IMG/VR virus record: IMGVR_UViG_3300031957_003826
Location: 1 to 38,721 of that record
Length of the DNA: 38,721 nucleotides
From: a virus
Taxonomy: Duplodnaviria; Caudoviricetes
Direction: 5' to 3' (one strand)
The notes under the pieces are model-generated. The model did no database searches. It worked only from the letters and a program-made list of their open reading frames with translations, and had not been told where the DNA came from. How positions within the stretch are numbered: the first letter of the stretch is position 1; every line of letters begins with the position of its first letter. Positions 1 to 8,865 of the stretch are shown here, piece by piece. The position numbers were made by a program, and so were the translations under genes.

Positions 1-492
1 ATGCACGTCTTCCAGCATCGGCACCAGCTTGGTCAGGTTGAAGCGGGCACCGGTCGCATAGCTCACGCCGAAGGTGCGTCCGGCCACCTTCCCGCCGAAC
101 GCCAGGCGCTGCAGGTAGAGGAAGCGGGCGGCGCGTTCGAGATCGGTGAGCGTATCGGCATCGACCTGCAGCAGCCGCTCGAACTCGGCGCGGCTGCAGA
201 CCTGCCACTTCAGCACGTCGAGCAGCTGCTGGTAGTGCCGCTGCAGGATGCGGAAAAGGTTCACGACATCGCGGTTCACGTCGTTGATCACTTCCAGCTT
301 GGGCCGGTGGCGGCGGCGGAAGAACACGCCGCCCATGCCCACGAATGGTTCTACGTAGCGATCGTGCGGCACCGAGGCGATACGCTCGGCGATGCGCCCG
401 GCAAGGGCGCGCTTGCCGCCGAGCCATGGTGCGACCGGACGGACCGGCTGGACAGGTTCGAGCGGCGGCAGTGCAATCAATTCTTCCTTCAC
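1..492 (-). CDS. dam: Dam/D12-class N6-adenine DNA methyltransferase, 3' end truncated by the window edge
   Basis: Manual translation of the minus strand from GTG at 492: ...PVAPWLGGKRALA...RYVEPFVGMGGVFF...EVINDVNRDVVNLF...ERAARFLYLQRLAFGGK. These are D12-class motifs. The gene sits at the Mu mom position. Confidence 0.93.
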   Translation of the reverse strand, partial: MKEELIALPPLEPVQPVRPVAPWLGGKRALAGRIAERIASVPHDRYVEPFVGMGGVFFRRRHRPKLEVINDVNRDVVNLFRILQRHYQQLLDVLKWQVCSRAEFERLLQVDADTLTDLERAARFLYLQRLAFGGKVAGRTFGVSYATGARFNLTKLVPMLEDVH

Positions 493-498
493 GAATAA

Positions 499-607
499 CA
501 CCCAGATTGGCTCCCGCCTGACAGGCCGGGGGAGCTGAAAGGCTGGCGCGCCAGCCCCAGGTGCGAGGTGATGCTCGCGGTTCGAGGCGGTGCAACGCCT
601 CGGCCGC
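499..607 (-). promoter_or_regulatory. Structured 5' leader of the dam gene (several stem-loops)
   Basis: Inverted repeats 583-589/596-602, 563-567/574-578 and 510-515/530-535, a perfect 16-bp palindrome at 541-556, and a possible closing helix 557-563/499-505. Confidence 0.55.
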
Positions 608-612
608 CCCCG

Positions 613-1071
613 TCAGGAGGCGGCAGTCTCGGCCGGTTCGGACGGCCAGTCGGTTCCCGACATGTCGAGATCGCGCAGCGCCTGGCGGTAGAGCGCCCAG
701 GCCGTGCGCGCGGCGGCATCGAGCGGGCTGTCCGGCAGCTGCGTCCAGTCGCTGGCGGCAAGGCGGCGGTCCCGCTCGCGGCGGCGGGACTGGTCGCGCT
801 CGGCCGCGTCGGGAACGCGTTCAACCGCGACGGGGCGTCCGCCGAGCACGGTGATCGCCTTGCCCTCCGCCTGCGCCTGCATCAGCTGGCCGTAGCGTTC
901 CTCGCCGATCTCGACGGCGTCGGCCGGGAGCGTGCAGCGCGGGTTGTCGATCATCGGCGCGCGCTTGCCCGCCTTGCGCTCACGCGCCGACAGTTCGCCC
1001 TCGATCCGGCGCGGGCCGTTGACGGCCTCGGAATAGAAGCCCCCGGTGGAAGGGCTGAAGAAGCGGCTCAT
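613..1071 (-). CDS. Tail fibre assembly chaperone
   Basis: N-terminal FFSPSTGGFY and C-terminal RRERDRRLAASDWTQLPDSP...WALYRQALRDL...DWP; directly downstream of the tail fibre gene. Confidence 0.85.
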   Translation of the reverse strand: MSRFFSPSTGGFYSEAVNGPRRIEGELSARERKAGKRAPMIDNPRCTLPADAVEIGEERYGQLMQAQAEGKAITVLGGRPVAVERVPDAAERDQSRRRERDRRLAASDWTQLPDSPLDAAARTAWALYRQALRDLDMSGTDWPSEPAETAAS

Positions 1072-1075
1072 TGGA

Positions 1076-1744
1076 TTACCTCCCGATCGCGATGACGTTG
1101 ACGCTCACCGTGTTGTCGAGCGCGTTGAAGACGGAGACGGTGCTGAGACCGGTGCCGTTGACGTAGGGGCCGTTGTCCTGGGCGGTGCTCGACTGGTAGC
1201 CGCCGTTCACCCACGCGGCGCGGCACTGGGTCGTGTAGGCCTGCGGCAGCGTCAGGATCGTGGTCTGCCCGTCGATGGCGCTGCCGGTGAACACCTGGAT
1301 GACGACTTCGCCGAGGCGTAGAATCCACGCCGAGCCGGAGACGGTGAGGCTCACCAGTCCGGCCAGCGCGAGCGGCGTGACCGCCTTGGTGTCGTTGGTC
1401 TGGGCGGAAACCTCGGCGCTGCTTGCCTTCTGAACGGTGATCGTGCGGTCGGCCGCGAGATCGCCGCCGCCGGTGGCCAGCCCCGCGCCGACGACCTGCC
1501 GCGTCGTCGGCACCGCGCCGGACCCGTCGCCGACCACGCCCGCGATCAGCGCGATGATCGCGCTGTAGAGCTGGTTCTCGGTCGGCTTGTCGAGTTCGAT
1601 GCCCGCGCTCTCGATCACCGCGCAGATTTCCTCCTGCACGGAGTTGAACCAGGCGGCGTCAAGCTGGGTGGCCTTCTGGCCGATGGCGGGATTGCCCGGC
1701 TGGAAGCGGCCGTCGACCGCGCCGTTGCTGTCGATGCGATACAT
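1076..1744 (-). CDS. Short tail fibre protein (Mu S-like N-terminus)
   Basis: ATG at 1744 after AAGGAG; MYRIDS...GNPAIGQKATQLDAAWFNSVQEEICAVIESAGIELDK...NQLYSAI is a typical Mu-like fibre anchor. Confidence 0.85.
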   Translation of the reverse strand: MYRIDSNGAVDGRFQPGNPAIGQKATQLDAAWFNSVQEEICAVIESAGIELDKPTENQLYSAIIALIAGVVGDGSGAVPTTRQVVGAGLATGGGDLAADRTITVQKASSAEVSAQTNDTKAVTPLALAGLVSLTVSGSAWILRLGEVVIQVFTGSAIDGQTTILTLPQAYTTQCRAAWVNGGYQSSTAQDNGPYVNGTGLSTVSVFNALDNTVSVNVIAIGR

Positions 1745-1758
1745 TGAATCGTGCTCCT

Positions 1759-2424
1759 TTAAGCGGTGAAGTCGAACCAGAAGCCGGGCTCGGGCTCGAC
1801 TTCGTAGGCGAACAGGACATGGGTGTGCGCGGGCGCGGCGCGCCGGATCACGCACTCGACATCGAGCGCGCCGAAGCCGCGCAGCCGCACGCCGACGCGG
1901 TCGCCGATCTCGGCGACGGCGAGGAAGGTGCTTTCCGACAGGTAGCCCTCGAACGGGCGCACCCGCGCGGTCCAGGCGAAGGCCCAGTCCTGCCCGTTGA
2001 TCTGGTCCTGGCAGCGGCTGCCGATGCGCGCGGGCCGGTGTTCGTCGATGACGACCTCGTAACCCAGGCGCGCCGCGATCTCGACGAAGGCGGCGCGGTT
2101 CTGCCCGCCCACCCCGGCCAGCTTCTGGTGCAGCGCGGCCTGACGTTCGGAAACCTCGTCGGGCGCGCCGGTGCAGGTGTCGGGCAGCGCCGCCACCCGC
2201 TCCCAGTCGGGCAGCAGCTCCAGCGCGGTGCGCGGGTCGGCTTCCTCGCGCAGGTCGAGCGCGCGGCTGTCTATCCGGGCGTATTCGCTGGCGAGCGCGA
2301 AGAGCAGCCGCGCCATCGGCCCGTCCGGCGCGAAGGCCCATGCCGCGCCGCGCGGCAGCAGCTGCGCGAACTGCCGGGCATAGGCATCCTCGGCCCTGGG
2401 CGTGTCGATGGTGGAAGCGGTCAC
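1759..2424 (-). CDS. Baseplate protein gp48 (YmfQ/DUF2313-like)
   Basis: QLLPRGAAW, EADPRTALELLPDWERVAALPD, C-terminal PAHT; synteny. Confidence 0.9.
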   Translation of the reverse strand: MTASTIDTPRAEDAYARQFAQLLPRGAAWAFAPDGPMARLLFALASEYARIDSRALDLREEADPRTALELLPDWERVAALPDTCTGAPDEVSERQAALHQKLAGVGGQNRAAFVEIAARLGYEVVIDEHRPARIGSRCQDQINGQDWAFAWTARVRPFEGYLSESTFLAVAEIGDRVGVRLRGFGALDVECVIRRAAPAHTHVLFAYEVEPEPGFWFDFTA

Positions 2425-2434
2425 GGTGCGCTCT

Positions 2435-3484
2435 TCACGAAACGAAGGTCAGGCTGCCGGGCATCGGGATCGCGCCAGCCCCGGCGGTGAAATCGCCCGA
2501 GGGCAGTTCGATCGCATGCTGGAACTCGCCTTCGGCAAGGCTGACCACTTCGCCCAGGCGGCTGAGCCAGATCGTGCCGCCCGGCTCGGCCTCGCGCGCG
2601 AAGAAATCGGCGATCTCGCCCTCGATCGCGGCGCGCACTTCGGGCGTGTCGGGTGCGATGCGCAGGACGATGTCCACCGGGGCAGGAGCCGGGGCGAAGA
2701 CGAACAGCTCGGCGGTGACCGGCCGCAGCGCGTCGAGCGCGGCGGCGACCGCCTCGACGTCGGCGGCAAGCGGCAGGATGTTCTCGCGCCCGTCCATCAC
2801 GAAGGCGAGGCCCACGGTGCCAGCGCCCATCCATTCGCCCCAGGCCCACGCGCGGGTCACGCCGGGCTGCGCCAGTGCCCAGGCGACATAATCATGCGCC
2901 GATCCGCCCTGCGGCGGCGTGCGGATGCGATCGAGCAGCCGGGCAAGCAGGCTCGTGTCGTCCTCCTCCGCCGTCCCTTCGGTCGCGGCCGTGACAGTCA
3001 GCGCCGCGTTCACGCCCGCGATCGCGCTGGAAAGGGTGAGCTGGTCGCCCACGGTCAGCGAGGCGTCCGGCCCGGCATCGAGCGCCTCGATCGCCAGCGC
3101 GGCCGAGCCTGCGGCGATGTTGGCGGCGCTCAGCACCCGGTAGCGCGCGCCATCGACGCGCTGCGCCTCGGTCCCGGCCGGGATCGCGGTGCCGTTCGCG
3201 CCGGTCGCGGTCGCGGTCGCCTTCGCGGGCGTCGCGGCCTTGCGGTCGACGCCCCAGATCGAGGCCCAGCGCGCCAGGTGCTCGGCCTCGGCGGTGTCGG
3301 GCATCAGCTGGCGGGCAAGCCAGTCGAGATAGCCGTAGAGGCCCGAGGCGACGCCGCCCTCGGCGCGCGCCAGAACGTCGAGCACCGAATGGCGAAGCGC
3401 CGCATCGGCACCCGGCAGCCGCGTCTGGATGTCGCCGCGCACGCGGCCGATGATCTCGGAAAGGGTAGGACGGTTGAAGCTCAT
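2435..3484 (-). CDS. Baseplate wedge protein J / Mu gp47
   Basis: Start MSFNRPTL at 3484 (ATGA coupling); QLMPDTAEAEHL, RIRTPPQGGSAHDYVAWA, RPVTA. Confidence 0.93.
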   Translation of the reverse strand: MSFNRPTLSEIIGRVRGDIQTRLPGADAALRHSVLDVLARAEGGVASGLYGYLDWLARQLMPDTAEAEHLARWASIWGVDRKAATPAKATATATGANGTAIPAGTEAQRVDGARYRVLSAANIAAGSAALAIEALDAGPDASLTVGDQLTLSSAIAGVNAALTVTAATEGTAEEDDTSLLARLLDRIRTPPQGGSAHDYVAWALAQPGVTRAWAWGEWMGAGTVGLAFVMDGRENILPLAADVEAVAAALDALRPVTAELFVFAPAPAPVDIVLRIAPDTPEVRAAIEGEIADFFAREAEPGGTIWLSRLGEVVSLAEGEFQHAIELPSGDFTAGAGAIPMPGSLTFVS

Positions 3485-3978
3485 GGCGTGGCGGAAGCCT
3501 CCCAGGTGAAATCGAAGCGCTGGCGTCCGGGGCCGGACGGCCGGTCCAGCTCGACGCCGATCGCCAGGCGCTGGCGGACGCCGTCCACGGACTGCGCCTC
3601 GACGGTGACGCCGACGCGCGCGGCCACGCCGTCGCGCACCAGCCATGCCAGCGCTTCCTCTGCCGACTGGCGGGCGAGCTGCAGGTTGGCGCTGGTCGCC
3701 TTGGCGCGGTGGAGCAGCCAGAGCAGCGAGCCGATGCGGTTCCGGTCGGCGGCGCTGCCCGCGTCCGGCCCGGCACCGGCGGCGAACTGGTCTCCCCACC
3801 ATCCGCGCCGGTCGTCGCCCGCTTCGGGCAGGTCCGCATCCTCGGCCGCGCGGGCATCGCTGAAGAGCGAGATCAGGATCGCGGTGCGCAGCCCATCGTC
3901 CATCGCCAGCGCGCCGCCCGAAAGCATCAGGTCGGCCGACACGGTCTCGTCGTTCCACCGAAGGGCGAGGTCCGTCAT
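3481..3978 (-). CDS. Baseplate protein Mu gp46
   Basis: MTDLALRW...GLRTAILISLFSDARA...RRGWWGD...IGSLLWLLHRAK...EEALAWLVRDG. Confidence 0.92.
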   Translation of the reverse strand: MTDLALRWNDETVSADLMLSGGALAMDDGLRTAILISLFSDARAAEDADLPEAGDDRRGWWGDQFAAGAGPDAGSAADRNRIGSLLWLLHRAKATSANLQLARQSAEEALAWLVRDGVAARVGVTVEAQSVDGVRQRLAIGVELDRPSGPGRQRFDFTWEASATP

Positions 3979-4502
3979 GCGGCCTTCACCTTGTCGCTGC
4001 CGGTGATGATCTTGCCGGTGCCGAGGTCCACGTCGTCGCCCACGCGCGCGACTTTCGCGCCGCCCGCGCCGCCCAGCTGGACGTCGGCGGAGTCGACCAG
4101 CACGCTGTCCGCCGTCACGCTGACTTCGGGCGCGGCGACGGCCACCTTGGCCGCACCCGTGATCTCGATCGCCTCGCGGCCGAGCTTCACCAGGTTGCCC
4201 AGGTCGTCGTAGAGCGCGACTTCGCCCTGCTGCAGCCCGGTGAGCCGGTAGCGCCGGTCCTCCACCGCGATGACGATCGCGTGGCTGCGCAGCCCGCCCG
4301 CGCAGACGGTCACCGCTTCCGCGCCCGGATGCGGATGCGCGGTAAGGCCGTAGTTCTGGAAGCGCTCGACATCGTCCTGCACTTCGTCGCTGAGCAGTTC
4401 CACCTGCAGCGCCTGCGCCCGCGCCGCATCGTCGACCAGGCGCACGATCGCGCGGCCGATCATCAGCCGGACCCGCCCCTGGATGCCGCCCAGGACGCTC
4501 AC
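3975..4502 (-). CDS. Baseplate spike protein V / Mu gp45
   Basis: GTG at 4502; VERFQNYGLTAHP, DRRYRLTGLQQGEVALYD. Confidence 0.92.
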   Translation of the reverse strand: MSVLGGIQGRVRLMIGRAIVRLVDDAARAQALQVELLSDEVQDDVERFQNYGLTAHPHPGAEAVTVCAGGLRSHAIVIAVEDRRYRLTGLQQGEVALYDDLGNLVKLGREAIEITGAAKVAVAAPEVSVTADSVLVDSADVQLGGAGGAKVARVGDDVDLGTGKIITGSDKVKAA

Positions 4503-5545
4503 GCCGCCTCCTCCGGCTCGGGAAGCTGCGACCAGGCCTCCGGCGGCACCAGGTCCAGCTCGCTCGTGGTGCCGCCCTCGGCATCGCGCAGCGTGCGCAC
4601 CCGCTCGATCAGCATGTCGGCCGAGACGCGGCAGCTCGGGATTTCGCAGGCCGCGCGCGTGCCCGGAGACCAGACCGTGCCCGCGTCCGTCGTCCAGCCC
4701 GGCACGGTCACCGAAAGCGGCCTGCCGCGTCCAGAGCGCACCGCCGCCTCCCACTCCGCGCGCCTGCGCAGCGAGGCCGCGTCCGCCTGCTCCTCGCCGA
4801 TCACCAGCAGCGGCCGGTACCGGCGCACTTCGCCGTCGCGGGCCGAGCCCTTGACCTGCGAGGCGGCAACGCCGCTGCGGCTGTCGTCTCCCGAGGCCTG
4901 CCCCTTCACCAGGTACTCGCTGAAGCGTTCGCTCGTGTCGCGGGTCGCCTCGGCCGAGATCAGGTTCACGCCCTCGGCGATGCGCCCGCCGCGCCGCCCG
5001 GTGTCGGCATTGCCGATGGCGAGCGTGCCGTCGCCCGGCGAATAGGCGACCAGGCCGCGATAGCGCGCCATGCGGTCGATCGCGGCGAACACCGTCTCCC
5101 CCTGCTGCAGCGCGAACCGCTTGAACGGTGCGCCGGTCGGTGCGGTGACGACCACGCGCACGCCGAAAGGCGCGGTGAGGGCGCGGGCGATGGCCTCCAG
5201 CGACTGGCTCTTCCACGATCCCGGCTTGTGCACGGCCGAGCAGTCGACGAGGTCCGCCGCCTTGTCGCGCCCGCGCACGCGCAGGCCCCGGCTGCCCGCA
5301 TCGACGAAGCGCGAGACGGCATCGACATAGCCGGTGATCAGCACCTCGCTGCCCAGCAGCACTCGGCACGGCGCGCCGTCCGCGATCTCCCAGTCTTCGG
5401 CCCCGGTGCGCTCCTTCGCCGCCAGTTCGAGATCGAAGCTGCCCGCGAGCGCCTCGATCGAGCGCTCGATGGTGAGCGCGGTCCACCCGGTGTAGCCGAG
5501 GCCGTCCACTTCCAGCGCGACCATGTGCGGCGGCAGCACGCTCAC
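4499..5545 (-). CDS. Baseplate hub protein Mu P / gp44
   Basis: YTGWTALTIERSIEALAGSF, ITGYVD, GRDKAADLVDCS, ERFSEYLVKGQ, VRRYRPL. Confidence 0.93.
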   Translation of the reverse strand: MSVLPPHMVALEVDGLGYTGWTALTIERSIEALAGSFDLELAAKERTGAEDWEIADGAPCRVLLGSEVLITGYVDAVSRFVDAGSRGLRVRGRDKAADLVDCSAVHKPGSWKSQSLEAIARALTAPFGVRVVVTAPTGAPFKRFALQQGETVFAAIDRMARYRGLVAYSPGDGTLAIGNADTGRRGGRIAEGVNLISAEATRDTSERFSEYLVKGQASGDDSRSGVAASQVKGSARDGEVRRYRPLLVIGEEQADAASLRRRAEWEAAVRSGRGRPLSVTVPGWTTDAGTVWSPGTRAACEIPSCRVSADMLIERVRTLRDAEGGTTSELDLVPPEAWSQLPEPEEAA

Positions 5546-6789
5546 GCGCCGTCTCCGTCCGCCGTGAGCAGTTCCAGCTGCGTGCCGCCGGGCAGGAAGC
5601 CGGGATGCGGCACCCGGTTGCGCGCGGCGATGCCTTCGGCGCGCGCCTCCAGGCTGGTCTCGCTGCGGCGGCCGGAGCGGTAGAGCCGGTGCGCGAGCAC
5701 GAGCGCCGGTTCGGTCGCCGCCAGATCGAGCGCGTAGACGCGCGACAGGCTCGCGCCCTTGGCGGCGATGTCCCGCGCGAGCGCCCGGCGCAGCCGGTCA
5801 TAGGTTTCGGCGGTGGCGTCGTCGCCGCGATCGGCAGCGGCGAGCGCCAGCGCATCGAGGCGCGCGGTGATCCCGGCCATCGTGCGCTGCGCGTCATCGT
5901 AGCTGGGATAATCGGCGATGCTGGCCGCGCGCACCAGCTCGGCCGCGCTCGCCACCCGGAACAGGCGCAGCAGCGCCGTGCGGTTCGCCGCCTCGATCCG
6001 GCGCTGCGGCGTGCGCTGGGGGAACTCGGGCTGCGGCGGATACCAGTCGAGCATCGTCTCCAGCGAGGCGAGGCGGCTGCGCCGTCCGCCGTTGCCGCCC
6101 AGGACGGATACCGCCGCGACGAGGCCGACGACCGAATGCCCGAGCGCGAGCGGCGCGCGCAGCAGAGTGCCGAGGTTGCCGGGCAGGAAGTCGACCGCCG
6201 CGCCGAACGTGCGCAGCGCCGGGCCGATGCCGCCGCGCAGGCCTGCCGCGATCCGCGATGCCGCCGCCATGCCCTTGACCAGCTCGCCCGCGTTCGTCTC
6301 CACCCATTCGGCCGCGCCCTCGATCGAGAACGCACCGGCGAACGTCTCGGGAGCCTGCGCCAGCGCCGCGTCGGCTTCCGCCCCGGCCGATGCGCCCGCC
6401 GCGACCGCGACCGGTGCCGGTGCGGGCATTCCGGCCTCGATCAGCGTGAGCTGGAACCAGGCCATGCCGCCGTCCTCGGTGCTCTCGCTCGACGTGTAGT
6501 CGAGCACCGCCACCATCACCCGGCCATACCAGGGGTGCACGAGCAGGCCCGGCCCTTCGGCCTCGATGGCGTCGAGCAGCGCATCGCGGCGCGCGCGATA
6601 GTCCGCGCCGATCACGTGGCAGTCGATCGAGAACTGGCGGGCGCGGCGGCCGAGGTCCTCGATCACCGGCTCGTCGCGCGCGGGCATCTCGTGGATCGCC
6701 ACGCGCCGTCCGCCCTGCCGCTCGTGGCTGGCGGTGCGGAACGGCGCGCCCCGAAAGCTGCCGGGCTGGTATTCCTCGCGCCAGCTCAT
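5542..6789 (-). CDS. DNA circularisation protein Mu N / gp43
   Basis: SWREEYQPGSFRGAPF, GRRVAIHEMP, EDLGRRAR, GPGLLVHPWYG, C-terminal RNRVPHPGFLP. Confidence 0.93.
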   Translation of the reverse strand: MSWREEYQPGSFRGAPFRTASHERQGGRRVAIHEMPARDEPVIEDLGRRARQFSIDCHVIGADYRARRDALLDAIEAEGPGLLVHPWYGRVMVAVLDYTSSESTEDGGMAWFQLTLIEAGMPAPAPVAVAAGASAGAEADAALAQAPETFAGAFSIEGAAEWVETNAGELVKGMAAASRIAAGLRGGIGPALRTFGAAVDFLPGNLGTLLRAPLALGHSVVGLVAAVSVLGGNGGRRSRLASLETMLDWYPPQPEFPQRTPQRRIEAANRTALLRLFRVASAAELVRAASIADYPSYDDAQRTMAGITARLDALALAAADRGDDATAETYDRLRRALARDIAAKGASLSRVYALDLAATEPALVLAHRLYRSGRRSETSLEARAEGIAARNRVPHPGFLPGGTQLELLTADGDGA

Positions 6790-8420
6790 GCGGGCGCTGC
6801 CATGACCTTGCCGACGCTGGCGCGGATCGGCACGTCGCGGTTCGCCGAGGAAACGCGCGAGACGCGGGCGGTGCCCGGTCCCTGCACCTTCACGTTGATG
6901 TCCAGCGCGCCGCCGACTTTCGCCGGTGCGGCCTTGCCTTGCGGCAACAACAGGTACTTGCCGCCTCTCGGCTTCGTGCTGCTTCCCCAGTCGAGCGGAG
7001 CGCCCTTAGGTATGTCAGGTCCACCTGGGGTAATGCGGTAGAACCGCTGTCCCCAGCTCTTCTTAGCCTCCGCCTCCTCCCGTCCGCTATCGGTCAACGG
7101 GCCATATTGAGCCTCAATCGCCTGGCGGCGCTTTCGCGCCTTGGCTGCGTCTGCGTTGGACGTGAACCACCCTTTTTCGGTGTTCTCGGCCATTCGGGCT
7201 GCCCGGTATGCCTGGAATTTGTAGAACTTAGAAATTGCCTGGCCGAACAACTCAACGAGGCGTGTCATCGCCTGAACAGCGGTGCCGAGAGCAAGTCCGA
7301 CACTGGGCCAGTCGGTCTGCTCCACAAACTTGACCGCCCAGTTGAAGGCTCGTTCCAGATGGTGCGAAATGCTCTTCGCCCAGTCGCGCATCTGCCCGCT
7401 TTTTGCCATCGAATCGAGGCGAGCACGCCATTCGTCGAGCTTGCGCTTCACCGCATCAAACACCCCGGCGTCGGCGATCATCACGAGGAATTTGGACCAA
7501 AGGTCTCGAAGATTGCTTATGATGCCGAAGAACGAACGGCTCTGCCTCTCCGTTGCTCCAGCGAACTTGTCGCTCCATGCGGCTGCAACGGCCATAGCAA
7601 GTCCGATGCGATCAGACTTGTCTGCTACCCGCGAGAATTCCTTCTCGTTCTTGACCCATATCAGGCGAACCTTGTTGCCTTGAACGCTGGCGGTAATCCC
7701 CAGCTCCTTGAGGCGTTCAAATTCACCGGTCATGGCATCCGCTATCGCTTCTGCGGCCTGCCCAATGTCCTTGCTCATCCCCGCTGCTGCGTCGCCGGCT
7801 GCTCGAAGCGCCCCGTTCGTCGGATCGAGACCGGCGTTTTTTAGTACGAGGAAAGCGGAAGTTACCTCATCCAGTTCGAATGGAGTGGTCTCCGCGAAGT
7901 TCTGTATCCAGCTCATGGCTTCTTTGCCCTTCCGGGCAGAGCCAGCCATGCCTTCGAGCATGATTTGATACTGCTCGAACTGCCCCGCCGTGCGGAAAAG
8001 GTCGAACAGCGCGAAGCCGCCCGCGCCAGCTGCGGCAGCTGCGCCCCACCTAGCCGCACCGCCAGCTATTCCGAGCGCCTTGCTGCCCATCCACTTGAGC
8101 CCGCCCTTCGCACCCTGTCCCGCACGCTCCATGAGCCGCAAGCGGCGGGTCACGTCGCTAACGCTTCCCGCGAGGCGACGGGCGGAGTGAGCTGCCGCCT
8201 GGAAGAAGCTGCCGAGTGCAACTTGCCGCAGCCGCCGGGCACGCCGCTGGTAGTGCTCGAGCGACCGCTCGCCGCTGTCGATTTCGCGGGACATCCGGCG
8301 CACTTGCTGCCCCCAGCGGCGCACGCCCGAAGTCAGTCCCGCAATGCTTGCACGCGCCTTCTTCGCCGGTGCCGAGGCCCGGTCTATCGCCTGCAGGATC
8401 ATCGAGAACTTGAGCGCCAT
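6786..8420 (-). CDS. Tail tape measure protein (gp42)
   Basis: Position after the chaperone; FAETTPFELDEVT, AIADAMTGEFERLKELGI; Ala-rich helical sequence. Start is ATG 8420 or GTG 8426. Confidence 0.9.
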   Translation of the reverse strand: MALKFSMILQAIDRASAPAKKARASIAGLTSGVRRWGQQVRRMSREIDSGERSLEHYQRRARRLRQVALGSFFQAAAHSARRLAGSVSDVTRRLRLMERAGQGAKGGLKWMGSKALGIAGGAARWGAAAAAGAGGFALFDLFRTAGQFEQYQIMLEGMAGSARKGKEAMSWIQNFAETTPFELDEVTSAFLVLKNAGLDPTNGALRAAGDAAAGMSKDIGQAAEAIADAMTGEFERLKELGITASVQGNKVRLIWVKNEKEFSRVADKSDRIGLAMAVAAAWSDKFAGATERQSRSFFGIISNLRDLWSKFLVMIADAGVFDAVKRKLDEWRARLDSMAKSGQMRDWAKSISHHLERAFNWAVKFVEQTDWPSVGLALGTAVQAMTRLVELFGQAISKFYKFQAYRAARMAENTEKGWFTSNADAAKARKRRQAIEAQYGPLTDSGREEAEAKKSWGQRFYRITPGGPDIPKGAPLDWGSSTKPRGGKYLLLPQGKAAPAKVGGALDINVKVQGPGTARVSRVSSANRDVPIRASVGKVMAAPA

Positions 8421-8422
8421 GC

Positions 8423-8608
8423 TCACTGCCCCCCTTGGGAAACCTCAAGCTCGATAAGGCGCTCGGCCTGGTCGAGCCACATCACAACTTCGTCCCGGTC
8501 CATCCGCCAGAGTTCGGAAGGCTGGAACCGGAAGTACCGCGCCAGCTCGCCTAAGGCGTCTCGCCAGTCGTCGGGCCATTCGGCGCATGTTCGTCGAGCA
8601 CGTTTCCC
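8423..8608 (-). CDS. -1 frame extension of the tail assembly chaperone (gpGT / P2 E'-like)
   Basis: The -1 frame after G-GGA-AAC reads ...WPDDWRDALGELARYFRFQPSELWRMDRDEVVMWLDQAERL... to TGA at 8423. Confidence 0.8.
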   Translation of the reverse strand, partial: GKRARRTCAEWPDDWRDALGELARYFRFQPSELWRMDRDEVVMWLDQAERLIELEVSQGGQ

Positions 8609-8865
8609 AGCTCGCCAAAGTCTTCGGCGTCCAGCAGGTCCGCCTCCTCGTCGCTGAGGTTGGTCAGCCTTGCGATGATCGCGATCGAGCCGCCGACTCC
8701 GTCGCCAAATTTATCGAGCGCGCGCATGTCCTTGGCGCGCGGGCGCTTGATGACGACGATGAACCCGGCCGGGCGCAGCTCCTCCTCGTGCTCGTTGCCC
8801 TCGGCATCGCGGGTTTCGCGCACGATCGGGTGGCGCAGAGCGTAGGTGGCGAGAACGCGGCTCAC
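8551..8865 (-). CDS. Tail assembly chaperone (gp41-like)
   Basis: LRHPI, KRPRAKDMR, IARLTNLS...LDAEDF; lies between tube and tape measure genes. Confidence 0.88.
   Translation of the reverse strand: MSRVLATYALRHPIVRETRDAEGNEHEEELRPAGFIVVIKRPRAKDMRALDKFGDGVGGSIAIIARLTNLSDEEADLLDAEDFGELGNVLDEHAPNGPTTGETP
8602..8608 (-). other. Slippery heptamer G GGA AAC (programmed -1 ribosomal frameshift)
   Basis: X-XXY-YYZ heptamer in the correct phase near the chaperone 3' end, opening into a GpE'-like frame. Confidence 0.75.

Noticed and set aside
1-498. Plus-strand 165-aa ORF in the track
   Set aside because: Antisense shadow of the dam gene, which has clear family motifs on the minus strand
489-824. 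Minus-strand 111-aa ORF ending at the dam start as a possible com
   Set aside because: No paired CxxC zinc-finger motif; Arg/Pro-rich out-of-frame overlap with the chaperone gene
1076-6335. Extended N-termini in the track for fibre, gp47, gp46 and gp45 (similarly terL, spanin, Mor)
   Set aside because: They overlap upstream genes; internal starts with RBS or stop/start coupling fit the known families better
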